From: Alphaproteobacteria bacterium UBA2903
GTDB lineage: Bacteria; Pseudomonadota; Alphaproteobacteria; CAAGCB01; CAG-977
DNA length: 64,000 bases
Reading direction: 5' to 3'
Assembly (NCBI GenBank): GCA_002349565.1
Contig: DEDN01000027.1
Span: forward strand, 39,669-103,668
Shown: positions 55,410 to 64,000 of the stretch, in pieces
Layout: each line of letters begins with the position of its first letter
How positions within the stretch are numbered: the first letter of the stretch is position 1
The notes under the pieces: generated by a model
What the model saw: the letters and a program-made list of their open reading frames with translations, nothing else
Databases searched by the model: none
What the model was told of the DNA's origin: nothing
Made by a program: the position numbers and the translations under genes

Positions 55410-56239
55410 AAGCCGTCGTCAAAAAATCGGGCAGCTCTTTTTACTGGGCGATGCGGCTGCTGGGCAAACAAAAGCGCGACGCCATGTTTGCGATTTACGC
55501 GTTTTGCCGTGAAATCGACGACATCGCCGACGAACCCGCTTTGTTGGAACAAAAACAGCGGGCTTTGCAGGTCTGGCGCGACGATTTGGATAAAATTTAC
55601 GCGGGCAAACAGCCGACGCAAAGAATCGCCGAAGCGCTGATTGCGCCGATAAAGGCGTTCGGATTGCCCAAGGACGAATTTGTCGCCCTGATTGACGGTA
55701 TGGAAATGGACATTCCCGACGGCATGCGCGCGCCGACGATGACCGAGCTTCAGCTTTATTGCCGCCGCGTCGCGGGGGCGGTCGGCATGCTGTCCGTGTG
55801 CGTGTTCGGCGATTTTTCCGAAACGGCTCAAAGATTTGCGATTACTTTGGGCGAAGCTTTGCAGCTGACCAATATTCTGCGCGATATGGACGAAGATATG
55901 GAGCTTGGGCGTTTGTACATGCCCAAAGAATGCTTGGACAAAGCGGGCATTGTCGTCACCGACAACACGCATTTGAGCGAAATTCTGAACCACCCGAATT
56001 TGGGCATTGCCCGCGCAGCTTTGGCGGAACAGGCTCTGCTCCGATATGCGGAAGCCGACGCCGCTTTGGCAAAACTGAACGCCAAGCAAATGAAGCCCGC
56101 CGTGATTATGCAGGCAGCCTACCGCAAAATCTTTGACGCGATGCAAAAACGCGGTTGGAATGTTGTGCGCCCGCGCATCAAAACACCGAAATCGGCGTTG
56201 CTGCTGACGGCTTTGCGCATTTGGCTGATTGGCAGGTAA
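55373..56239 (+). CDS. hpnD: Squalene/phytoene-synthase family protein, HpnD-like (presqualene diphosphate synthase)
   Basis: SSFYWAMRLL, FCREIDDIADE and the second Asp-rich motif NILRDMDEDMELGRLY. Confidence 0.7.
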   Translation: MHQETRPLAAEVEAVVKKSGSSFYWAMRLLGKQKRDAMFAIYAFCREIDDIADEPALLEQKQRALQVWRDDLDKIYAGKQPTQRIAEALIAPIKAFGLPKDEFVALIDGMEMDIPDGMRAPTMTELQLYCRRVAGAVGMLSVCVFGDFSETAQRFAITLGEALQLTNILRDMDEDMELGRLYMPKECLDKAGIVVTDNTHLSEILNHPNLGIARAALAEQALLRYAEADAALAKLNAKQMKPAVIMQAAYRKIFDAMQKRGWNVVRPRIKTPKSALLLTALRIWLIGR

Positions 56240-56245
56240 GGCGTT

Positions 56246-57277
56246 ATGACCGTTTACGTCATCGGCTCGGGCATTGCGGGATTAAGCGCGGCTTTTCACG
56301 CCCAAAAAGCGGGACACCATGTCGTCGTGCTGGAAGCCGCCAATCATGCGGGCGGACGATGCTATTCCTACTATGACAAGGAATGGGACTGCATGCTGGA
56401 TAACGGCACGCACATGATGATGGGCGCCAACACCGCCCTGCTGGAAATCCTGCGCGAATGCCCGACCGATACGCCCTTGCAGCCGATTGGGTCAAGCCTG
56501 ACGTTTTACCGCCGCAACCTCAGCTGTTTTACGGTGGATTTGAATCATCCCGTCAAAGCGTTGTTTCATCTGCCCGAACTGTATAAACTGCTGGCGGAAT
56601 CGGTGCTGAACACCCCCGCGAAAACAGCGGACAAAGCCCTGCTGTTCAAAACGGCGAAATTGTGCTTTGCGGCGCGGGACAAACAAATCTATCTGGCGAA
56701 TCCGTCGCTGATGCAGTCGGTCGTCAATCCGATTTACGAATACTTGAAAGACAAAGTTGAATTTTACTTCGGACATCCCGCGCGCGGCATCGAAGTTGAC
56801 CGCATTTTGTCGGATTCCGTCGATTTTCTGATTTCGCCCGACGACAAAATAATTTCGACCGTCCCGCCTAAAAAAGCCGCGTTCGGCACAATCGTCAACA
56901 TCCACTACAAAACGGACGCGACCCTGCCCGACGGATTGCCCGTCGTCGGATTGATCGACATGCTGCCGCATTGGGCGTTTTGCAAAAACGGCATCGTATC
57001 CGTTACCATCAGTGCGGCGAACGGCTTGGATACGACCGATATTGCGGATCGGGTTTGGGACGATCTTTGTCCTCTGCTTCATTCTTTGGACAAGACTCCG
57101 CCCAACCGCGTCATCGCCGACCGCCGTGCAACCCTGCTGCAGACAAGCAAAACAAAACGCCCCGCCGCCGATTCCGAATACGGCTTGATTTTGGCGGGCG
57201 ATGCGACGGACACGGGATTGCCCTGCACGATAGAGGGCGCGGCGCGTTCGGGCAAAACGGCGGCAGACCTGCTCTGA
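56246..57277 (+). CDS. hpnE: FAD-dependent amine-oxidase-type desaturase, HpnE-like
   Basis: VYVIGSGIAGLSAA..VVLEAANHAGGR dinucleotide fold. It completes the hpnCDE order. Confidence 0.7.
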   Translation: MTVYVIGSGIAGLSAAFHAQKAGHHVVVLEAANHAGGRCYSYYDKEWDCMLDNGTHMMMGANTALLEILRECPTDTPLQPIGSSLTFYRRNLSCFTVDLNHPVKALFHLPELYKLLAESVLNTPAKTADKALLFKTAKLCFAARDKQIYLANPSLMQSVVNPIYEYLKDKVEFYFGHPARGIEVDRILSDSVDFLISPDDKIISTVPPKKAAFGTIVNIHYKTDATLPDGLPVVGLIDMLPHWAFCKNGIVSVTISAANGLDTTDIADRVWDDLCPLLHSLDKTPPNRVIADRRATLLQTSKTKRPAADSEYGLILAGDATDTGLPCTIEGAARSGKTAADLL

Positions 57278-57335
57278 TTGCTATCTTTACCGATAATTTC
57301 AAAAGCGATACCTTTTTTGAAAAAAGGAGGAATCT

Positions 57336-57932
57336 ATGGCTTTTGAATTACCTGTTTTACCCTATGCACAAAACGCGCTTGAACCGTTTATATCCGCGCA
57401 AACGCTTGATTTTCATTACGGCAAGCATCATCAAACTTACATTACGAATCTGAACAATTTGATTCGCAATACGGCTTTGGCGAACCAAACGCTGGAGCAA
57501 ATCATTTTCGAAACGGCGGGAAAGCCCGAAAAATCGGCAATCTTCAATAACGCGGCGCAAAACTTCAATCACGCGTTTTACTGGAAAAGCATGCTCCCGA
57601 ACGGCGGCGGAAAAATTCCCGACGGCGCGTTCAAAACAGCCGTGTCCAAAACGTTCGGCGGCTTGGAAAGCCTGAAAGCGGAATTGAAAGCCGCCGCAAT
57701 TTCCCAATTCGGCAGCGGCTGGGCGTGGCTGGTATCGGAAAACGGTACGCTGAAAATTGTCAAAACATCAAACGCGGACACGCCCATGATTCACGGGCAA
57801 AAACCGCTGTTGACAATTGACGTGTGGGAACACGCGTATTATCTGGATTACCAAAACAAGCGCGCCGATTATGTCCAATCCGTCATTGACAATCTGCTGA
57901 ATTGGGACTTTGCCGCGTCGAATTTTTCCTAG
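57336..57932 (+). CDS. sodB: Fe/Mn superoxide dismutase
   Basis: [34 protein letters not shown]...DVWEHAYY. Confidence 0.9.
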   Translation: MAFELPVLPYAQNALEPFISAQTLDFHYGKHHQTYITNLNNLIRNTALANQTLEQIIFETAGKPEKSAIFNNAAQNFNHAFYWKSMLPNGGGKIPDGAFKTAVSKTFGGLESLKAELKAAAISQFGSGWAWLVSENGTLKIVKTSNADTPMIHGQKPLLTIDVWEHAYYLDYQNKRADYVQSVIDNLLNWDFAASNFS

Positions 57933-58383
57933 CCTTTTTGGCAGGCGCGGCGGCACAGCATCCGAACAGCTTTTTCTTGCGTCTGACCAGATCGGGATTG
58001 CGTTCGTAAACGTTCGTGTCGCCATGCGCAACGGCATCTTTGTAAAAGTCGATCTTGAAATCGATTTTATCCATAAAATCCATCAATTGGCGCATTTGCA
58101 TCTGCAAACGTTCCTTTTGCCGTTCAAACATATCCAGCCGCTGCTGCAAAGTCGAATCGCCCTGCATCAGCCAAACGATGTATTGGCGGATGTCTTTGAT
58201 TTGCATTCCCGTGCCTTTCAAACATTCGATAATGCGCAGCAATTCAATGTCCTGATCCGAAAAATCGCGCAGTCCCGACGGCGTTTTTTTGACAAACGGC
58301 AGCAAGCCTTCTTTGTCGTAATAGCGCAGCGTGTACGTCGAAATGCCGCATCTTTCGGCAACTTGTCCGATGGAATATCCCAT
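57883..58383 (-). CDS. MerR-family transcriptional regulator
   Basis: [31 protein letters not shown], then a coiled coil and a Cys-containing C-terminal tail. It is divergent from the gene at 58472. Confidence 0.8.
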   Translation of the reverse strand: MGYSIGQVAERCGISTYTLRYYDKEGLLPFVKKTPSGLRDFSDQDIELLRIIECLKGTGMQIKDIRQYIVWLMQGDSTLQQRLDMFERQKERLQMQMRQLMDFMDKIDFKIDFYKDAVAHGDTNVYERNPDLVRRKKKLFGCCAAAPAKKARKNSTRQSPNSADCQ

Positions 58384-58406
58384 AACAGCCTCCTTGAAAA
58401 AAGTTC

Positions 58407-58437
58407 TTGACTTAGAGCTAACTCTAAATTTTATAAA
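58407..58437 (+). promoter_or_regulatory. MerR-type promoter: -35 TTGACT, 19-bp spacer containing the dyad TAGAGctaaCTCTA, -10 TATAAA
   Basis: ttgact at 58407-58412, the perfect inverted repeat tagag..ctcta at 58413-58426 and tataaa at 58432-58437. The 19-bp spacer is the hallmark of MerR-activated promoters. Confidence 0.65.
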
Positions 58438-58471
58438 TATCAAGAACAATTTTAAAAACAGGAGGCTTTTT

Positions 58472-59962
58472 ATGATTGCTTGCGTGTTTATCACCTCGTT
58501 TCTGGGCTGTCTGGTAACAGTTCCGCTGTTTTTCAGATACGCTTATTTTCTGGATTTGACGGCGGCAAAGCGAATCGGGCTGTTTTTCACGGCTCTGGTT
58601 TTGGGCTGCATGCCGCTCTTGTCGGATTTTTCGCTTGCCAATGTTTTGGGATGCGCCTATCCCGCTTGGCGTGCGACGGTTTGGTTTTTGTACGTTTTCT
58701 GCATTATCCTGCTGACGTTTACGGTTGCGCGCGATGTCGTGTGGGCGGTGCTGTACAAAGCGGGCGTTGCCGTTTCCCCGTTTGAAAAAGTCTGGACGAT
58801 TCGCCTGAACGCGGCGACTGCCGTTTTGGCGCTGATTGCGGCGTTTTCATCCGTTTACAGCGGCTTGAAAGTTCCCGATGTGAAAACCCTTTCCATTGTT
58901 TCGGATAAAATCACAGTCCCGCAAAACGTCGTGCTGCTCAGCGATTTGCACATTCACAGAACAATCTCGCCCGCAAAAATCAAGGGAATCGTGGAACGCG
59001 CGAACGCGCTGAATCCCGACGTAATTTTGCTGGACGGCGACATTTTGGACGACGATGTGGAAAAAATCAAACCGATTGCCGAATTGCTCAAAGGATTGAA
59101 AGCCAAAAAAGGCATCTATTTCACAACGGGCAATCATGAATTTTACGTCGGCTACAAGGAAACAACCGAAGCTCTGAAAGAACTGGGCTTTACATTCCTT
59201 GAAAACAGCGGCGAAGCAGTCAGCGGTTCCCTGTTCGTTGCGGGCGTTCCCGATATGTCGGGCAAACGTTACGGCTTTTCCGTCGATGCGGACAAAGCGT
59301 TTGCGGACAGTTCCGCTTCTCAATTCAAACTGCTGATGTCGCACACGCCTGCGGCGTTCAAATCCGCCGATTTGACCGTTTCGGGACACACCCACGGCGG
59401 ACAGATTTTCCCGTTCCATATTTTGGTCAAACTGGCGAACAAATACTTGGCGGGCGGCTACGACGGCGTTTACGTCACCCGCGGCGCGGGTCAATGGGGA
59501 CCGCAAATGCGTTTCCTTGCCCCGTCTGAAATCACTTTCATCCAACTTTTACCCAAAGGACAAAAAGCTATGAACATTACTCCCGTTTTCCCTGTCGGCG
59601 AACCCAATCCGTACGGCAAATTCTTTACGGGCAAAACGTATCTGACCCGTTTGAACGCTTATGACGAAACATTCAAAACATCGCTGGGCAATGTTACGTT
59701 CGAACCCGCCGCCCGTACAAACTGGCACAAACACACGGGCGGGCAAATCCTGCTGGTCACGGCGGGCGAAGGACGCTATCAGGAACGCGGAAAACCCGTT
59801 CAAGTGCTGAAAGCGGGCGATGTCGTCCGTATTGCGCCGAACGTCGAACATTGGCACGGCGCCGCGCCCGACAGCTGGTTTTCACACATCGCCGTTGAAA
59901 CGAATCCCGACTTTAACGTCAACACATGGCTGGAACCCGTTTCGGACGAAGAATACAAATAA
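58472..59962 (+). CDS. Membrane-anchored calcineurin-like metallophosphoesterase fused in frame to a C-terminal cupin domain
   Basis: An N-terminal 4-5-TM region, then the motifs DLHIH, GDILDD, GNHE and GHTHGGQ. From about 59569 a cupin domain follows (MNITPVFPVGEPNPYGKF..), with an internal RBS-like aaagga and no intervening stop. Confidence 0.75.
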   Translation: MIACVFITSFLGCLVTVPLFFRYAYFLDLTAAKRIGLFFTALVLGCMPLLSDFSLANVLGCAYPAWRATVWFLYVFCIILLTFTVARDVVWAVLYKAGVAVSPFEKVWTIRLNAATAVLALIAAFSSVYSGLKVPDVKTLSIVSDKITVPQNVVLLSDLHIHRTISPAKIKGIVERANALNPDVILLDGDILDDDVEKIKPIAELLKGLKAKKGIYFTTGNHEFYVGYKETTEALKELGFTFLENSGEAVSGSLFVAGVPDMSGKRYGFSVDADKAFADSSASQFKLLMSHTPAAFKSADLTVSGHTHGGQIFPFHILVKLANKYLAGGYDGVYVTRGAGQWGPQMRFLAPSEITFIQLLPKGQKAMNITPVFPVGEPNPYGKFFTGKTYLTRLNAYDETFKTSLGNVTFEPAARTNWHKHTGGQILLVTAGEGRYQERGKPVQVLKAGDVVRIAPNVEHWHGAAPDSWFSHIAVETNPDFNVNTWLEPVSDEEYK

Positions 59963-59964
59963 CG

Positions 59965-59996
59965 AAAAGGGGGAGCTTTAGCTCCCCCTTTTTTTA
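59965..59996. terminator. Bidirectional rho-independent terminator
   Basis: aaaa-gggggagc-ttta-gctccccc-ttttttt. Confidence 0.75.
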
Positions 59997-60009
59997 AATC
60001 CACACAAAA

Positions 60010-60354
60010 TCACAAACTTCTGATGTCGGACAGCGGCAATTTGGAAACATGGCGAACGGTCGCCATATATTCGCGAACGATTCCTTTTTGAGGATTGTCG
60101 CCGACGGGATCATTAAATTCCGCAACCAGCACGCTATCGACTTTCGACAGCAACGGCGCAACATCGGGATGAATGTAATCCAAAACGATCATCTGATCCG
60201 CCGTGCGGTAAAACAAAGCATGGTTTTCGCCGTTAAACAAAATCTGCGGACGTTCGGGACTGCCTTCGCGCGCCTTCAAACAAAACAACAACTCGCCGTC
60301 TGCATTCGCCAGAATGTCATAATAGGCTTCGCTTTCAATTGCTGTTTGCGCCAT
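60010..60354 (-). CDS. Hypothetical protein (114 aa)
   Basis: An ORF 25 nt downstream of the 322-aa membrane-protein gene on the same strand. No domain recognised. Confidence 0.5.
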   Translation of the reverse strand: MAQTAIESEAYYDILANADGELLFCLKAREGSPERPQILFNGENHALFYRTADQMIVLDYIHPDVAPLLSKVDSVLVAEFNDPVGDNPQKGIVREYMATVRHVSKLPLSDIRSL

Positions 60355-60379
60355 TTTTTCCTCCGGAATCTAAAGTGGT

Positions 60380-61348
60380 TTATTTTACAACGGTCGCTGT
60401 CGCGGTTTTGCGTTTGACGTTGAATTTGCACGAATAGTTCAGTTTTGTTCTGATGCCGTTTCTGTCGATCAGCTGGGCGCGATCCCCCATCAAAACGATC
60501 AAATCCTGCAAAACGTCAACCTGATACGACGTGAATTTGTATTCTTTGGCGCCGACCGTCCATTCAAAGCGGTCGGGAATTTCCTTGGACACGGCTTGTT
60601 CGCAAATTTCCTGAGCCACTTCTTCGTGTTCGGCATAATAGGAATTCTTTTTCGTGTTCATTTTCTTGCATTCTTCGTCGTTCGTGCAGGGCTTGGATTC
60701 CGCCATCGAGCGGCGCATATTTTCGGCATCGCGCAAACGTCTGGCTTCTTCGCGCTGTTTGGCGAAAGCGATTTCCCGTTCGACGCCGAATTGAATGAAA
60801 GCCGCCTGCACCGACAGGGTGAAAGACGTAACAATCAAGCACGCCGCAATCATTTGCGTCAGCGAACAGCCCATTTTCGCGGCGCGCCCGCGAACCATGT
60901 AAACGCCGTAAGCCAGCCCGCCGAAAACCAGCAAAGCGAACAATTCGGAAATAAACGAACCGTTGCCCGTAACTTCGGACAGCATGGACAAGGAAATCAT
61001 CCCGAACATCAGCAGCAGAAAATACAAAATCGCGGGGGAACGGGTGGCTTTAACGACATTGGCGGCGCCCAGCGCGTAAACCGCCGCGCCGACAACCGCG
61101 ATCAAAACGCCCGCCATGATCAGCTTCATCATCACGCCGAAAACGGAAAACATCGCTAAATACAATAAAAACGCGGCAAACACAATGCCGTAGCAAACGG
61201 CGACGCGGATAAACGCCTCTTTGTTTCGCATCAGCAAAGCTTTAAAATCTCCGCGCAGCAGCAAAGCGGCATCGGCATCCGACAAAAGAAGAAAATTCTT
61301 CAATTTTTCCTGAATCTTAAGCATTTTCCGTTCCAGACTCCTTGTCAA
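60380..61348 (-). CDS. Hypothetical membrane protein (about 4 TM segments plus a Cys-containing cytoplasmic C-terminal domain)
   Basis: A hydrophobic N-terminal half, then a charged coiled stretch and CTNDEECKK. Confidence 0.55.
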   Translation of the reverse strand: MTRSLERKMLKIQEKLKNFLLLSDADAALLLRGDFKALLMRNKEAFIRVAVCYGIVFAAFLLYLAMFSVFGVMMKLIMAGVLIAVVGAAVYALGAANVVKATRSPAILYFLLLMFGMISLSMLSEVTGNGSFISELFALLVFGGLAYGVYMVRGRAAKMGCSLTQMIAACLIVTSFTLSVQAAFIQFGVEREIAFAKQREEARRLRDAENMRRSMAESKPCTNDEECKKMNTKKNSYYAEHEEVAQEICEQAVSKEIPDRFEWTVGAKEYKFTSYQVDVLQDLIVLMGDRAQLIDRNGIRTKLNYSCKFNVKRKTATATVVK

Positions 61349-61398
61349 AAGATACTACAGAAAAGCACAAAAAACCCGCGAACGCAAGCCAAAACCTG

Positions 61399-61875
61399 CT
61401 AACCGCCTTTCAACAAACGATGTTTTTCGCGATTCCAGTCGCGTTTTTTAATGTCTTCGCGTTTGTCGATTTTGTTTTTCCCGACGCCCAGTCCCAGCTT
61501 CAGCTTGGCAATTCCCCGCGCATTAAAGAAAATTTCCAAAGGAATCAACGTATATCCCTTGCGCGCGACGGCACCCGACAAGCGTTTCAATTCGCGCTTG
61601 TGCAGCAGCAGCTTGCGCGGACGGGCGGCAACATGCTTCATATAGCCGATGGAACCGTATTCCAGAATCGACGCGTTGACCAGAAAAGCCTCGCCGTCCG
61701 ACGCGGTTGCGTAAGCTTCGTTGATGCTCGCCTGCCCCAAACGCAGGGATTTGACTTCCGCCCCCGTCAGAACGATACCCGCCTCGAATGTTTCTTCAAT
61801 GGCGTAGTTGAACGACGCCTTGCGGTTTTTGGCAACCGTTCCCTGCGTTATCATGGTTGAACGTTTCTGGCTCAT
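61399..61875 (-). CDS. smpB: SsrA-binding protein SmpB
   Basis: KNRKASFNYAIEETFEAGIVLTGAEVKSLR. Confidence 0.9.
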   Translation of the reverse strand: MSQKRSTMITQGTVAKNRKASFNYAIEETFEAGIVLTGAEVKSLRLGQASINEAYATASDGEAFLVNASILEYGSIGYMKHVAARPRKLLLHKRELKRLSGAVARKGYTLIPLEIFFNARGIAKLKLGLGVGKNKIDKREDIKKRDWNREKHRLLKGG

Positions 61876-62748
61876 TTATTCCCCCAAAACGGCTTTCATC
61901 GCGTTTCGGACCGCCTGTTTCGACGCGTCCGAAATTTCGCACAACGGCAGCCGCAAAGACCCGTCCCCGAATCCCTGCAAAGACGCCGCGTATTTCACGG
62001 GACACGGATTGGATTCGACAAACATCGCCAGATGCAGATCCAGCAGCGAATCGCGCAAACGGGCGACTTCTGCCCAATCTTTGCGCGCCCATGCCTTGTG
62101 CAAATCCGCGCATTCCTTGGGCGCAACGTTGGCGGTCACCGAAATGCAGCCGTCCCCGCCATGCGCCAGAAAAGCAACGATGGTCGCGTCTTCGCCCGAC
62201 AAAACGGAAAAGCTTTCGGGAACGACGCGGCGAATCTGAATCGGACGCAGCAAGTCGGGAGTCGCATCCTTGATGCCCGCGATTCGCGGCAGCTTCGCCA
62301 GCCGTTCAATGTTTTCGATTGCCAGATTCACCCCCGTCCGCCCCGGCACGTTGTACAGAACAATCGGCAAATCAACGGCGTCATGAACGGCTTTGAAGTG
62401 GCGGTAAAGCCCCTCTTGCGACGGCTTGTTGTAATACGGCGTTACAACCAAAGCGGCATCGGCGCCCAACGTTTTGGCGCGCGCCGTGGCTTCAATTGTT
62501 TTGGCGGTGTCGTTCGTTCCCGTTCCCGCAATGACGGGTATTCTTCCCGCGGCGGTTTTGACGCACAGCCCGATGACATGTTCGCGTTCTTCGACCGTCA
62601 TCGTCGCGCTTTCGCCCGTCGTGCCGCACACAACCAGCCCGTTCGTCCCCTGTTCAATCTGACGGTCGACCAAGCGTGCAAAAGCGCCGTCGTCGATTTT
62701 TCCGTCTTTGAACGGCGTAATCAAAGCGGTGAAAGAACCTTTGAACAT
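61876..62748 (-). CDS. dapA: 4-hydroxy-tetrahydrodipicolinate synthase
   Basis: GSFTALITPF..GLVVCGTTGESATM and a Schiff-base Lys region. 290 aa. Confidence 0.9.
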   Translation of the reverse strand: MFKGSFTALITPFKDGKIDDGAFARLVDRQIEQGTNGLVVCGTTGESATMTVEEREHVIGLCVKTAAGRIPVIAGTGTNDTAKTIEATARAKTLGADAALVVTPYYNKPSQEGLYRHFKAVHDAVDLPIVLYNVPGRTGVNLAIENIERLAKLPRIAGIKDATPDLLRPIQIRRVVPESFSVLSGEDATIVAFLAHGGDGCISVTANVAPKECADLHKAWARKDWAEVARLRDSLLDLHLAMFVESNPCPVKYAASLQGFGDGSLRLPLCEISDASKQAVRNAMKAVLGE

Positions 62749-62847
62749 ACTGCCTCCTTAAAAACCTGTCTTAATTAACCGTATCTTAAAAAAATAGCAC
62801 AAGAATAAAAATTATCTATCGTTTTTTGATGCAAGGACGCCTTTTTC

Positions 62848-64000
62848 GTGTTGCGTTTCGCAAACATTTTCGTGTGTTTGACCGTCTGCCTGTTTTCGGC
62901 GGACGCGGCGGCGCATGCGCCTGCAAAGCCGCAAAGTTCCGCTTCGGTCAAAGCCGCCGTTGACGCCGCGATGCGCGACGAATGGCAGCAAGCGGCGCGG
63001 CTGGCAAAAAAAACAGCCGACGCGAAAGTCGTCAAACTGGTGGAGTGGCTGCGCTTGACGCGCGGCAAGGACGACATCGCTTTTGCCGACATGGAACGCT
63101 TTATGAAAAACAACGCGGATTTTCCGCGCATCTATGTCATCCGCCGCAACGCCGAAACGGCTTTGCTGAAACAAGGCGACAACGCCGCTTTGGAAAAATG
63201 GTTCAAAAAGCATCCGCCCGTTTCCCCCGCCGCCGTTATGAAGCAAGCCGAGCTGCTTCTGGCGAAAAAAGAATGGGAACGCGCCCTCCCCATGCTTTAC
63301 AATCTGTGGGCGAAAGGGGAACTTTCCGACGACGAAACAACCGAAGCCGCTGAAAAACTGTCGCTTTTGCTGGATACGCACGATTACGCCGCCCGTGTCG
63401 AAACGCTGCTGAACGAACGCAAACCCAAGCAAGCCAAAAAACTGCTTCCTTCGGTGGACGATGAAGAACGCAAACTGGCGAACGTCCGCATCGGGTTGAT
63501 GACAAACGCCGATCACGCGTCGCGAAAAATCAAGGATTTGCCGACGGAGCAGCGGCAAAACGCGGGGCTGCTGTTTGACGAATTGCGCTGGCTGCGCATC
63601 AGGGGAAAGTATGCCGACGCCGCGAAAATGCTTGAAAAAGTCCCGTTTTCCAAGCAAACGGGCGCGCGCTGGTGGAACGAACGCGTTACCGTTGCCCGCC
63701 AGCTGCTGAACGAAGGACACGCGCATCAGGCGTATGATCTGGTCAAACACCATTCGCTGGAACAGGGCGGCGATTTTGCCGACGCCGAATGGCTGGCAGG
63801 CTGGATCGCTTTGCGCAATCTCAAACAAAACAAGCGCGCCCGCGAACATTTTTCGAAAATGCTGTCTTCCGTCAAATCGCCCGTCAGTCTGGCGCGCGGC
63901 GAATACTGGATGGGGCGCGCGTTCGAAGACGCAAAAAACAAATCGGAAGCCGTGAAATGGTACCGTAAAGCGGCAAACCGCATCACGACGATCTACGGAC
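62848..64000 (+). CDS. slt: Soluble lytic murein transglycosylase (Slt70-like), N-terminal superhelical domain (runs off window end)
   Basis: Not in the ORF track because there is no stop in the window. The GTG/TTG start is approximate. It has a signal peptide (LRFANIFVCLTVCLFSADAAAHA) and a long alpha-helical repeat region typical of the Slt70 U-domain. Confidence 0.65.
   Translation, partial: MLRFANIFVCLTVCLFSADAAAHAPAKPQSSASVKAAVDAAMRDEWQQAARLAKKTADAKVVKLVEWLRLTRGKDDIAFADMERFMKNNADFPRIYVIRRNAETALLKQGDNAALEKWFKKHPPVSPAAVMKQAELLLAKKEWERALPMLYNLWAKGELSDDETTEAAEKLSLLLDTHDYAARVETLLNERKPKQAKKLLPSVDDEERKLANVRIGLMTNADHASRKIKDLPTEQRQNAGLLFDELRWLRIRGKYADAAKMLEKVPFSKQTGARWWNERVTVARQLLNEGHAHQAYDLVKHHSLEQGGDFADAEWLAGWIALRNLKQNKRAREHFSKMLSSVKSPVSLARGEYWMGRAFEDAKNKSEAVKWYRKAANRITTIYG

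Overview
The window is a chromosomal segment of a Gram-negative proteobacterium, about 55-60% GC. Gene content (TrmFO, an M16 peptidase and hpnCDE hopanoid genes next to yajC-secD-secF) hints at an alphaproteobacterium, but I cannot confirm this from sequence alone. Housekeeping genes (tig, nusB, nrdR, glyA, rpiB, thrC, elbB-like, dedA, nadE, trpS, yajC-secD-secF, trmFO, sodB, smpB, dapA, slt) are interleaved with accessory content. First, a tRNA-Leu/tRNA-Thr pair is followed by 2.4 tandem copies of a 136-bp unit, each carrying a 14-nt copy of the tRNA-Thr 3' end. Second, a three-gene RND efflux operon is preceded by a 484-bp element with 17-bp inverted repeats that encodes only an IS1 InsA-like zinc-ribbon/HTH protein. 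Third, a CopA ATPase has an in-frame C-terminal CopZ-like HMA domain. Fourth, a roughly 2,900-aa autotransporter is split into two ORFs by a 17-bp frameshifting insertion. Fifth, a heterodimeric ABC exporter is followed by an 11-kb low-GC mosaic island. The island carries an MBOAT plus DHHW O-acyltransferase pair, a GT2, a catalytically degenerate serine-recombinase paralog, a 1,566-aa repeat/GT4/GT2/coiled-coil/methyltransferase protein and an RgpF-like protein. It ends at an intact serine recombinase, a repeat element with 46-47-bp direct repeats and an initiator-type tRNA-Met. Sixth, the window contains a Sel1 protein and a 760-aa pentapeptide-repeat protein, and trmFO coupled to hpnCDE. 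Seventh, a MerR-type regulator has a textbook 19-bp-spacer dyad promoter driving a metallophosphoesterase-cupin fusion. There are also several orphan hypothetical genes, one with perfect 135-bp tandem coding repeats. No CRISPR array and no obvious defence or toxin-antitoxin genes were seen. All calls come from reading the sequence and the six-frame translations, with no database searches.
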